Of a stretch of 64,000 bases of DNA, positions 38,790 to 47,650 are shown one piece after another (positions within the stretch are counted from its first letter, which is position 1; each line of letters begins with the position of its first letter). The translations under genes were made by a program, and so were the position numbers. Location of the stretch: NCBI GenBank assembly GCA_045568115.1, contig JBJLBO010000005.1, positions 249,048-313,047 on the forward strand, in the 5' to 3' direction. The notes beneath the pieces are model-generated. The model did not search any database. It was not told where the DNA came from and worked only from the letters and a program-made list of their open reading frames with translations. Origin of the DNA: Candidatus Thalassarchaeaceae archaeon. Its GTDB lineage: Archaea; Thermoplasmatota; Poseidoniia; Poseidoniales; Thalassarchaeaceae.

Positions 38790-40346
38790 GTGGAAGAGCA
38801 ACTTGAGATGAACGCTGGGATGTTCGATTTAGGAACACCAGTTATGCGAAAGGGTGGATTCTGGGAAACCTTAGGATCTGGATTTTTGCGAGCTTTGTAT
38901 TTTATTTGTATAGGGCTGATGTTAATTTGTTTCATAGGTGCAATCTCATTGTTTGACCTAATAGGGACTGAGGACTGGTGGTTTTTCGCAGCGATTTCCG
39001 TTGCTGGATTATTATCCGGTGCAGTTGTTGTAGGCGCTGCAGGTAGTGAAATCAGCCTTCAAATGCAGAAAATAAGAGAAAAAAATCCACCAAGAGATTG
39101 TCTAATTCGTGCAGAAAAGGGAGGCATCGAATTACAGAACTTCTGGAACTCTGCCACAATCAGTATTCCAAGCGTAGATGATAGAGGATGGGTTTTCGAA
39201 GCACCAGGAGATACTCATTGGTATCGAGAAAACCCCTACATGCGAGATGAAGAAGGGGTTCTGAAGGAGCATCCGACAAAAATTGGAACACCAGTTCCCG
39301 CTACAATCTCAATGGCTGGAATCGCCTCTATAATCATGGCCACATTACTTATTTTCAGTTGTTATGCAGTAGCAGTATACACTACAGCAGGATGGGAATG
39401 TGACAATGGCGAGATTGTACGTTTGGCATTTGCAGGAGGCGAAGATGATGATGGCAATCCAAAAGGTGTATGTGGAGATCGCAGCGACTATGGAATTTCA
39501 ATGCCGGCATGGGCTGATTCTCCTGAGATGGAAAATCAATTCTCTGCACATCCTCTTGTAACATATGGCACCATCTTAATCTCATTAATATGGATGGGGG
39601 TTGCTATCACTAGATCAAGAAGGGTCAAAACAATTCAAGATCAATCAACGTCTCTAGTTAGATCCGTTGCAATTGGAAACGCAGAACTAGTTGGACAAGT
39701 TAGGAAACATCTGAAGGACCCTATGAGTGTAGAAGTCGATGACGATCCATCCAAAACAGTTGATGATTTGTATCACTGGCACTGGACCTACGAAATTTAT
39801 GTATGTAGAAAAGTGAAAACCGATGATGGGTGGGAAGAAAGATGTGCTTGGGAACAAGTTAGACAAAAACATGGCTCCAGGGATTTCATCTTACATGATG
39901 GAACTGGAGGGATTGTAGTCAGACCACGAACATGGAAATGGAAACGTACTGAACTCGGTCAACATCTCGTCCAATGGGAATGTGCACATGATTTGAGAAT
40001 TCGAGGATTATTGACGAATCTATTCGCAACTGGAGATGTCCGAAGGCATCGTTGGACTCTTTATGGACTGAAAATAGGAGACCCGATTTACGTTACTGGT
40101 GAAGTTCGACCTCGTGAAGAGGAAGAGTTGAGAGATGAGGGGATTAAGCCCTACAAAGATAGAGCAAGGAAGTCGGGTGCTGTCGAGGTAATTGGCAACG
40201 ATGCACCTGGATTCCGTTCTTACCTTGAGCGAGGCTCAGAACTTGGTGCAATGTCAAATGCTAGGAGCGATATTGACTACTTTTTCCCTGCTGGAATCGT
40301 AGTAATCGGTGCAATGATGCTGTTTTCTGTTTGGGGCTTTGCCTGA
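38790..40346 (+). CDS. Membrane protein with GIDE-like domain and LDL-receptor-A-like loop
   Basis: About 5 TM; TS-x-VRSVAIG-x-AELVG, FILHDGTG, GDPIYVTG GIDE-like motifs; WECDNG...CGDRSD loop. Confidence 0.65.
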   Translation: MEEQLEMNAGMFDLGTPVMRKGGFWETLGSGFLRALYFICIGLMLICFIGAISLFDLIGTEDWWFFAAISVAGLLSGAVVVGAAGSEISLQMQKIREKNPPRDCLIRAEKGGIELQNFWNSATISIPSVDDRGWVFEAPGDTHWYRENPYMRDEEGVLKEHPTKIGTPVPATISMAGIASIIMATLLIFSCYAVAVYTTAGWECDNGEIVRLAFAGGEDDDGNPKGVCGDRSDYGISMPAWADSPEMENQFSAHPLVTYGTILISLIWMGVAITRSRRVKTIQDQSTSLVRSVAIGNAELVGQVRKHLKDPMSVEVDDDPSKTVDDLYHWHWTYEIYVCRKVKTDDGWEERCAWEQVRQKHGSRDFILHDGTGGIVVRPRTWKWKRTELGQHLVQWECAHDLRIRGLLTNLFATGDVRRHRWTLYGLKIGDPIYVTGEVRPREEEELRDEGIKPYKDRARKSGAVEVIGNDAPGFRSYLERGSELGAMSNARSDIDYFFPAGIVVIGAMMLFSVWGFA

Positions 40347-40356
40347 TTCCAAGAGA

Positions 40357-41790
40357 CTATTGTAATCTCCAAACTGGACCGTCCGGGCTATCTTCGACAA
40401 CAACGCCTAGTTCATTCAATTTGTCACGTATCTCGTCAGCACGAGGCCAGTCTTTGGAGGCACGAGCTTCAGCTCGCTCCTTCAGTAAAGGCTCAACAAT
40501 AGATTTGAGTTCACTTCGTGCCGACTCATCTTCTGCCATCATTTTTTGAATGGATTCATCTGTTGGAAGCAATCCTAGTATTTCTCCAGCAAACTCACTC
40601 AACCAACCAGCACCTGCCGCTAAGAGATCAGCATCAGCGCCGTTGTCAAGCAAACTGCGAAGTGAATTTACCACTGATTGAACCTCAACAACCGCATTTC
40701 TAGTATTGAAATCATCATTCATAGCAGCAGCGAAGCGTTTTGAAGCACTCTCAAGAATCTCTACATCTCCCCAATCATTAGTACCAAAACTGCTCAAAGA
40801 CTCACCGTATACGGAAACCATTCTCTTGTGATGAACACTTGATTCGTCAAGCATTTTTTGATTGAAATCAATTGGTTGGCGATATGGAGCATTAATCATA
40901 GTGTACCTCAGCACTAATGGGTCAACTTGCTCTATTGCATCCTTAATTGTCCAGAAATTACCTAGAGACTTACTCATCTTTTCTCCATCAACATTTATCA
41001 TACCATTGTGAATCCAATATTGTACCACTGGGTCATGTCCCAAACAACACTCTGATTGAAATATTTCAGCCTCATGATGAGGGAATAACAAATCAGTACC
41101 ACCTCCATGAATATCGAATCTTTCACCAAGTAACTTGAGAGACATAGCAGAACACTCGATATGCCAACCCGGTCTTCCTTCACCCCAAGGGCTTGGCCAT
41201 GATGGCTCATTTGGTTTAGCTGACTTCCATAATGCAAAATCTCGATGGTCACGCTTGCCAGAGCCGGTATCTGCGACCCTGCCTCCAGCGCCAGCTCGCA
41301 CCATATCCAAAGATTGACCAGTCAATTGACCATACTTCGCAGGAGATGTGTCAATCTCAAAGTAAACCCCATCGCCTCCAACGTAGGCATGACCCTTCTG
41401 GATGAGAATTGAAATCATATCGATAATTTCAGGAATCGTTTCAGTAACTCTTGGATAATGATCGGCTCTAAGGACATTAAGTGCATCCATTACTTCAAAA
41501 TAATCTGCAATATTCCTATTTGCGACTTCCAAAAAGTCCACTCCTTCTTCATTTGCTACAGAAATAATCTTGTCATCAACATCAGTAAAATTGGTGATAT
41601 AATTCACTTCATATCCTATATGACGCAGCCATCTAACAATGATATCGAAAGCAATAGCTTGCCTACCGTGACCGATGTGGCTAGGTGAATATGGAGTGAT
41701 ACCACAGGCGTAAAGACCGACTTTTCCATCCTCAAGAGTTTCAAGCTCTCGTTTGCTACGAGAGCGGGTGTCGTATACTCTCAACGTCAT
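40357..41790 (-). CDS. cysS: Cysteinyl-tRNA synthetase
   Basis: CGITPY...HIGH, GRPGWHIECSAM, DIHGGG, FPHHE, KMSKS motifs. Confidence 0.97.
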   Translation of the reverse strand: MTLRVYDTRSRSKRELETLEDGKVGLYACGITPYSPSHIGHGRQAIAFDIIVRWLRHIGYEVNYITNFTDVDDKIISVANEEGVDFLEVANRNIADYFEVMDALNVLRADHYPRVTETIPEIIDMISILIQKGHAYVGGDGVYFEIDTSPAKYGQLTGQSLDMVRAGAGGRVADTGSGKRDHRDFALWKSAKPNEPSWPSPWGEGRPGWHIECSAMSLKLLGERFDIHGGGTDLLFPHHEAEIFQSECCLGHDPVVQYWIHNGMINVDGEKMSKSLGNFWTIKDAIEQVDPLVLRYTMINAPYRQPIDFNQKMLDESSVHHKRMVSVYGESLSSFGTNDWGDVEILESASKRFAAAMNDDFNTRNAVVEVQSVVNSLRSLLDNGADADLLAAGAGWLSEFAGEILGLLPTDESIQKMMAEDESARSELKSIVEPLLKERAEARASKDWPRADEIRDKLNELGVVVEDSPDGPVWRLQ

Positions 41791-41819
41791 GTTCTCAGAG
41801 TGTTGGATGAGCCATTGGG

Positions 41820-42524
41820 TCATGAACCCCGCGCCGCTTTAACGAGCGCGCGATACAATCCTAGATGTCCTATCCTTTCGGGATGCCACTGAACTCCAAC
41901 GCAGAATCTGAGGTCATTTCGCTCAACTCCTTCAATCAATCCATCATGACTAGAATGAGCGTTAATTTGGAGAGAACCTGGGTCACTTACACCTTGATGG
42001 TGGGTCGAATTTGCAATTACATGAGGACCCATAATCGATTGAAGAATAGTTCCTTCGATAATATCGACTCCATGTTCAGTTGCGACACCATCCCAACCAC
42101 CATGTTCCTCAAACCCAGGAGTCATTGGTAGATGTTGGTGCATAGAACCTCCATGTAATACACACATCATCTGCATTCCACGACAGATACCCAACAATGG
42201 GATGTCGTGTTCTATTGCCCCTTGAATTAGTGCAGCCTCGGATTCATCCTGCTCAGGATAAGTTTCTACAGTGTATTCCCCAGGATCCTGCCCGTATAGA
42301 GAAGATTGCAAATCAGGGCCACCTGCGACAACGAGGCCGTCTATTTTACCAAGAAGGGATGCACTACAACCGGGGGGTAGAAGCAATGGTTCACCACCTG
42401 CTTCCTTTACCGCATTAGTGTATGTAGCAGGAAGAATGACTGTGTCTATTTTCCAAGAACCATAAACCGAAGGACGTTTAGAAGATGTGATGCCAATGAC
42501 TGGCGCATGGGTGGCTACACTCAT
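41820..42524 (-). CDS. Gamma-glutamyl-gamma-aminobutyrate hydrolase family (peptidase C26)
   Basis: GGPD, GICRGMQ, NSTHHQG, GVQWHPE motifs. Confidence 0.88.
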   Translation of the reverse strand: MSVATHAPVIGITSSKRPSVYGSWKIDTVILPATYTNAVKEAGGEPLLLPPGCSASLLGKIDGLVVAGGPDLQSSLYGQDPGEYTVETYPEQDESEAALIQGAIEHDIPLLGICRGMQMMCVLHGGSMHQHLPMTPGFEEHGGWDGVATEHGVDIIEGTILQSIMGPHVIANSTHHQGVSDPGSLQINAHSSHDGLIEGVERNDLRFCVGVQWHPERIGHLGLYRALVKAARGS

Positions 42525-42564
42525 ACTCTATCGACCGTGGTCACGATAAATCAACTAAATGGCC

Positions 42565-43255
42565 TTAGAGGTCTCTAGCGGCTTCAATTAAAGCATCGAA
42601 AATAGCTGCTTGCTCAATCATTTCAGGATGCCATTGTGTCGAGATTACAAATTTCTTATCTGGCATTTCTACCGCTTCAATAAGCCCATCTTCAGTTCGA
42701 CCGACCACAGTAAGATCTCCCTGCATCAGCAACTCCTTGATGATGTCCTGAATTCCCTCTAGTTTGTGTTCCTAGTATTGCACCCAGTTTAGAATCAGAA
42801 CCAATATTCACTATATGATCAGACCACTCCCCTCCTGTTGAGCCATGTTCTTCAAATCCAGGAGTTTCTGGAAGGTGCTGATAGAGATGACCCCCCCTCT
42901 CCACACTAAGCAATTGATGACCTCGACAAACACAGAGCATTGGCATATCTCGCTCTATTGCTGCACGCATTAGGGCAATCTCCCAAGCATCCTGTTCGGG
43001 TCGCAAATCAGTTGTATTATTGTGAGGGATTTCTCCATATAATGCTGGGTCAATATCTCTACCACCAGCAATAATCAAACCATCTATTCTTGAGAGAAGT
43101 GATTCGACATCTTCACCCTCTGTAAGTAATACTGGAACCCCGCCTGCGTTCTTTATCGCATTAGGATAGGTTGTGGGTAACATTACAACTGCCTGATTAG
43201 GAGTTTCATAATCTCGGATTTTTACCGAGGTTGTGACTCCAATCAATGGCTTCAT
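42565..43255 (-). pseudogene. Second peptidase C26 paralog, frameshifted at about 42720 (pseudogene or sequencing error)
   Basis: VCRGHQ and NSGHHQG are in one frame. Removing one base of the C run at 42719-42721 continues the protein as DLTVVGRTEDGLIEAVE...STQWHPE...AARDL to a stop at 42565. Confidence 0.85.
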
Positions 43256-43262
43256 CAAATCA

Positions 43263-43622
43263 CTACTGCACGTGACGCATTAAAATCAGAACTGCAAAGG
43301 AATGGGCGGTAAGCATCATTGCTAGAGGAATGTGAATCCATCCATAGCTCCAATCGCCATCCATCAGGAATAACCCTACTAATAACTGAATTACTACAAT
43401 TCCCGCTACTGCAAATGAGTTCCCCCGGACTGATTTGTCGTCAATCCCTGAGTTGATTACAACCACTGGTAATGCAATTGCCAAAACGGTCAACAGATAG
43501 GCTGTGTGTTCATGCCCATAATCAGAACCTTGGGTCAATTCCCAACCTGCAACACCCTGAAATAAGGTCAATGCTAGTATAGTTCCAGCCAAAGGTCGTA
43601 CTGCTTTTCTCAATTCACTCAT
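43263..43622 (-). CDS. Small 4-TM membrane protein
   Basis: Four hydrophobic helices with several His residues. Confidence 0.7.
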   Translation of the reverse strand: MSELRKAVRPLAGTILALTLFQGVAGWELTQGSDYGHEHTAYLLTVLAIALPVVVINSGIDDKSVRGNSFAVAGIVVIQLLVGLFLMDGDWSYGWIHIPLAMMLTAHSFAVLILMRHVQ

Positions 43623-43640
43623 TATTCATCACATCCTAAT

Positions 43641-45680
43641 TTAATTAAATTCACCTTTTCTTGGATTCCAGAAACGGGCTTTACGAGGTTTATTACGGTA
43701 TTTTTTGTGAATCTCAGCATCTTTAGCAACAATCTGTTCCCAAAGTATCTCGGCAACATCCATGACATCCATTTCGGCTCCAACTGAATCTAGGCCATCC
43801 TTTACCATGATTGAACAGAATGGGCACCCTACTGCCACAGTATCACAGCCTGTTGCTGCAATTTCCTTAGCGCGAATCTGGTTGACACGCTTGTCTGCAT
43901 CTTCTTCCATCCACATCTGAGCCCCACCAGCTCCACAGCAGAAAGAATCAGTACCGTGCCTTTCGATTTCAACATCAACTCCTCCTATGATATCACGAGG
44001 TTCGTCTATAATTCCCCCTATTCGACCAAGGTAACAAGGATCATGGAAGGTGATTGATTCATCTTTAGATACATTGGGCAACTTTCCTTCTTCTTGGAGT
44101 TTAGCCAATATCTCTGAATGATGTAGAACTTCTAATTCGTCCCCTCCATAATCTGCATATTCCTTACCAAGAGTATGGAAACAGTGAGGGCATGAAGCAA
44201 TAATTCGTTTAACACCAAGTTCTTGGAAAGTCATCATGTTGGTTTCAGCGAGCATCTGGAAAAGATATTCGTTTCCTGCGCGACGAGCAGGGTCACCCGA
44301 GCATCCCTCCTGCATACCTAGAATTCCAACATCTAAGCCCGCTTCCTTGAGAAGGCCGATTGTTGCGCGCGCAACTTTCTGATTACGCTCATCGAAGCTA
44401 GCAGCACACCCTACAAAGTAGATGTATTCCGCAGGCTCACCAATCTTGATATCAAGACCCTCTGCCCAATCTGCCCTCTCGTGCATTCCAAAACCATAGG
44501 GGTTAGAAGCGGACTCAAGATTACCCATTGCTACATTCAGCTCTTCAGGATACTCCATTGTTTCCATCATTGCATTACGGCGTAAATCAGTCAACAGTGG
44601 TACATGTTCGATGTACAAAGGACAAGCATCAACACAAGCATGACAAGTAGTACAAGCCCAAACCGCTTCTGGACTAATTCTCTCTAGGATTGTCTCCCCA
44701 GGCTGCTCTCCTTTCAATAAAATTGGAGCGTGTTCATTAGCATAGTTGCGTACATCATGTACAATTTGCATAGGATTCAGAGCCTTACCAGATTCATATG
44801 CTGGACATACATCCTGACAGCGGGCACAAGTAGTACACGCCCAACCATCGATTAGTTGCCTCCAAGTGTATTGGTCGAAAGTACTGACTCCGAATGACTC
44901 AATGTCCAAGTCCTCTAATGGAACTGCTTGGCCACTATCATTGACTGCTAATGGTCGCATCTTCCCCATAGGTTCAGTATCAAAGAAGAAAACATTTGGA
45001 AATGCCATAACTAAATGCATATGCTTTGATAACGGAATTAGAACAAAGAAGGTGCATATTGCGACCATATGTGCCCAGTAGGACGCCACTACAGAGCCTT
45101 CACTAATTCCTTGTCCTGCTACCCAATAGCCTATTGGTTCCCAAATTGAAGATGGAGATTCAGCAGACTCCACAATGAATGATGTAGTCGTGATTGTCAT
45201 GATTAGAAAAAGAATAAAATTTCCCTCAAGTTGTGATTTGCCTTTGAGTTTCTCAGGAGGGAAAAGAAGACGACGAGTCAGAGCCCCAATACATCCAATG
45301 AGAGCAGTAGTATATCCTAGTTCGACAACCCCGTTCCAAGGCCCATTAAGTAAATCGGGTAGTAAATTGTCAGAGAAATAATTCGCAGTCGCAAGATCAA
45401 GCATATCTGTTGAGAGCATTAGGAATCCCCAGAACATGAGTACATGCATTACACCAGCAACTCGATCTCTGAGAACTTTTTTCTGACCAAGCCAACCAGT
45501 CACTACCTCAAAAATTCGCTTCCCCCAAGAATCAAATCTGTCATCTGAAGAACCGAGTAAAACTAGTCTTGTTGCTAACTGAACCTGATAAAGAAAGAAC
45601 CCTACAGATAAACCTCCGATAATCAGTAGAATCATCCACCCATCAAGAGGACCATAGGTCTGTAGTAAAGGATGCTCCAT
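43641..45680 (-). CDS. Membrane-bound Fe-S oxidoreductase (FadF/HdrD-like, CCG domains)
   Basis: N-terminal TMs with SKHMH, CTTCARCQDVCP, CTTCHACVDACP, CPHC, HDPCYLGR, CCGAGG, CPFC motifs. Confidence 0.9.
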   Translation of the reverse strand: MEHPLLQTYGPLDGWMILLIIGGLSVGFFLYQVQLATRLVLLGSSDDRFDSWGKRIFEVVTGWLGQKKVLRDRVAGVMHVLMFWGFLMLSTDMLDLATANYFSDNLLPDLLNGPWNGVVELGYTTALIGCIGALTRRLLFPPEKLKGKSQLEGNFILFLIMTITTTSFIVESAESPSSIWEPIGYWVAGQGISEGSVVASYWAHMVAICTFFVLIPLSKHMHLVMAFPNVFFFDTEPMGKMRPLAVNDSGQAVPLEDLDIESFGVSTFDQYTWRQLIDGWACTTCARCQDVCPAYESGKALNPMQIVHDVRNYANEHAPILLKGEQPGETILERISPEAVWACTTCHACVDACPLYIEHVPLLTDLRRNAMMETMEYPEELNVAMGNLESASNPYGFGMHERADWAEGLDIKIGEPAEYIYFVGCAASFDERNQKVARATIGLLKEAGLDVGILGMQEGCSGDPARRAGNEYLFQMLAETNMMTFQELGVKRIIASCPHCFHTLGKEYADYGGDELEVLHHSEILAKLQEEGKLPNVSKDESITFHDPCYLGRIGGIIDEPRDIIGGVDVEIERHGTDSFCCGAGGAQMWMEEDADKRVNQIRAKEIAATGCDTVAVGCPFCSIMVKDGLDSVGAEMDVMDVAEILWEQIVAKDAEIHKKYRNKPRKARFWNPRKGEFN

Positions 45681-45790
45681 ATCGAATCACCAATGGCCCA
45701 CTGGCCGTAATATGCTATGCAAGGACTACCGCATCTTGAATCAACCGCTCTATCCCCAAGACTCATGTCCTTCTCACTCCACCCCAAGTC

Positions 45791-46762
45791 ATGGTCAGAG
45801 CCTTCGCTCCGGGAAAATGCATCCTCTTTGGAGAACATGCAGTTGTGTATGGCCATCCTGCAGTAGCAGTAGCCATTGATTCGGGTGTAGAGGTTAGTCT
45901 AGAGGCTTCAACTGCTTGGAGTATCGAAGGAAATCCCTTCGACCCAACTCGCCATCCCCATATCTCTCATATCCTACAGGATGTATTCTCCTACGACGGC
46001 CCCCCACTGAGAATGGGTATTTCGAGTAGCCTATTCTCAGCAGCAGGACTAGGTTCTTCTGCAGCATTGTCCAATGCAATGGGAGCAGCAGTTCAGGCAT
46101 TTGTAAATCCAAAAATTGAATTAAATCCTGTTGATTTAGCAAGAATTGGCCATTCAGCAGAGGCTAAAGCTCAATCTGGTCGAGCCAGCCCAACAGATAC
46201 AGCAACCAGTGCTTTGGGTGGTTGTGTTGTAGTCTCAGGAGAGGCTATTGAAGGAACAACACACGTATTCGATGCACAACTGGAAACTCCAGAAGGGAAG
46301 CGGCAATGGTCAATTTGTAAGGTTGAGTTACCTGAAAATCTAGATGTATCTCTTGTATTAGGATTCACTGGAGTCGGATCGCCAACTGGTGATATGGTTG
46401 CTCATGTTGCTGAACTTGTTTCAAGATCACCTGAAAAAATGGAAGATATGAATGCAATAGCCAAAATTTCTCAGGCAGGTTTGACCGCATTATCTGCAGG
46501 TAATTTAGAAGCAGTAGGGATGGCCATGAATGCCTGCCATGAACGATTGCAAAATCTTGAGGTAAGTAGCCCAGAACTAGATGCCTTAGTTGAAGCGGCA
46601 AGGCCCCATTCACTTGGTGCAAAACTTACAGGAGCCGGGGGTGGTGGTTGTATGGTTGCCCTAACTAGAGAACCACAACGGGTTGCACAAGATATTGAAA
46701 TCGCTGGTGGACAACCACTAATTTCTAGATTAGGTGCAGAAGGAGTGCACCTAATCAGATAA
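45791..46762 (+). CDS. mvk: Mevalonate kinase
   Basis: APGK-x-ILFGEHAVVYG, GLGSSAA, AKLTGAGGGGC motifs. Confidence 0.93.
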   Translation: MVRAFAPGKCILFGEHAVVYGHPAVAVAIDSGVEVSLEASTAWSIEGNPFDPTRHPHISHILQDVFSYDGPPLRMGISSSLFSAAGLGSSAALSNAMGAAVQAFVNPKIELNPVDLARIGHSAEAKAQSGRASPTDTATSALGGCVVVSGEAIEGTTHVFDAQLETPEGKRQWSICKVELPENLDVSLVLGFTGVGSPTGDMVAHVAELVSRSPEKMEDMNAIAKISQAGLTALSAGNLEAVGMAMNACHERLQNLEVSSPELDALVEAARPHSLGAKLTGAGGGGCMVALTREPQRVAQDIEIAGGQPLISRLGAEGVHLIR

Positions 46763-46821
46763 AAATTGCTTATTGAGACCCTTCAAAACAACTTCAAACA
46801 TCTCATTAACTTCAACAATCG

Positions 46822-46829
46822 TTTATATA
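46822..46829 (+). promoter_or_regulatory. Canonical TATA box of tbp (likely leaderless mRNA)
   Basis: TTTATATA at -30 to -23 from the ATG at 46852. Confidence 0.7.
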
Positions 46830-46851
46830 GGGTATATAACTGGCCGCACGC

Positions 46852-47565
46852 ATGAAGAGTGACGAAGAACGCCTAACTGTGGTTAACGTAGTTGCCTCCA
46901 CCCGAGTGGCGGAGGAACTAGACCTGCCTGATATTGCCATCCAACTGAACTGTGAGTATGAACCAGAACAATTTCCTGGTGTTGTCTACCGTGTTGTAGA
47001 CCCAAAACTTGCAATCCTAATGTTCCGCTCCGGTCGAGCGGTATGTACCGGTGGAAAAAACAAGGATAACATCCATACTGGTATCGAGCGAATGATTGGA
47101 GACTTGAGAAACGCTGGAATTGAGACTTGGGAACTTGAAGATGTTCAAATCGAGGTTCAGAATATGGTTGCAACCTACGCTCTTCACTACCCTGAAGATT
47201 ATGATGGCACCGCAAGAATGGATGATAATCACACTAAGGTTATCGATGTAAAAGATGGAATTAGAGCGGCTACTGACGAGGAAGTTGAAGATGAAGACCC
47301 ACGAATCCGAGGGATCAGAGAAGGTGAGCCTCTAGCCACAATGCCAAGACGCTTGAATCTCAACAATCTGACTTTCCACTTGCCATTCGACAAGGTCGAA
47401 TATGAGCCAGAGCAGTTCCCTGGACTGATTTATCGATTGGATTACCCTCGAGTTGTCTGTCTGATTTTCGGATCCGGAAAGATGGTAATTACTGGAGCTC
47501 GTGACAAGTCTGAGATTCTAGAAGCAGTTCAGTTCATCCAAGATGAATTAGCTGACTTACTTTGA
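46852..47565 (+). CDS. tbp: TATA-box-binding protein with 53-aa insertion in repeat 2
   Basis: Two repeats of N-x-VA...YEPEQFPG...F-x-SG-x-x-V-x-TG. Confidence 0.96.
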   Translation: MKSDEERLTVVNVVASTRVAEELDLPDIAIQLNCEYEPEQFPGVVYRVVDPKLAILMFRSGRAVCTGGKNKDNIHTGIERMIGDLRNAGIETWELEDVQIEVQNMVATYALHYPEDYDGTARMDDNHTKVIDVKDGIRAATDEEVEDEDPRIRGIREGEPLATMPRRLNLNNLTFHLPFDKVEYEPEQFPGLIYRLDYPRVVCLIFGSGKMVITGARDKSEILEAVQFIQDELADLL

Positions 47566-47650
47566 TGATTTTTTGGACTTTGATTGATAATTACCGTCTG
47601 CACATCGTGCGGGCGGGGGTTTGATGAAGTAAGTAAGAGTCCAGACACTT

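Noticed and set aside
47185-47343. TBP insertion as an intein or intron
   Set aside because: It is too short, lacks C/S...HN termini, stays in frame, and shows no evident bulge-helix-bulge.
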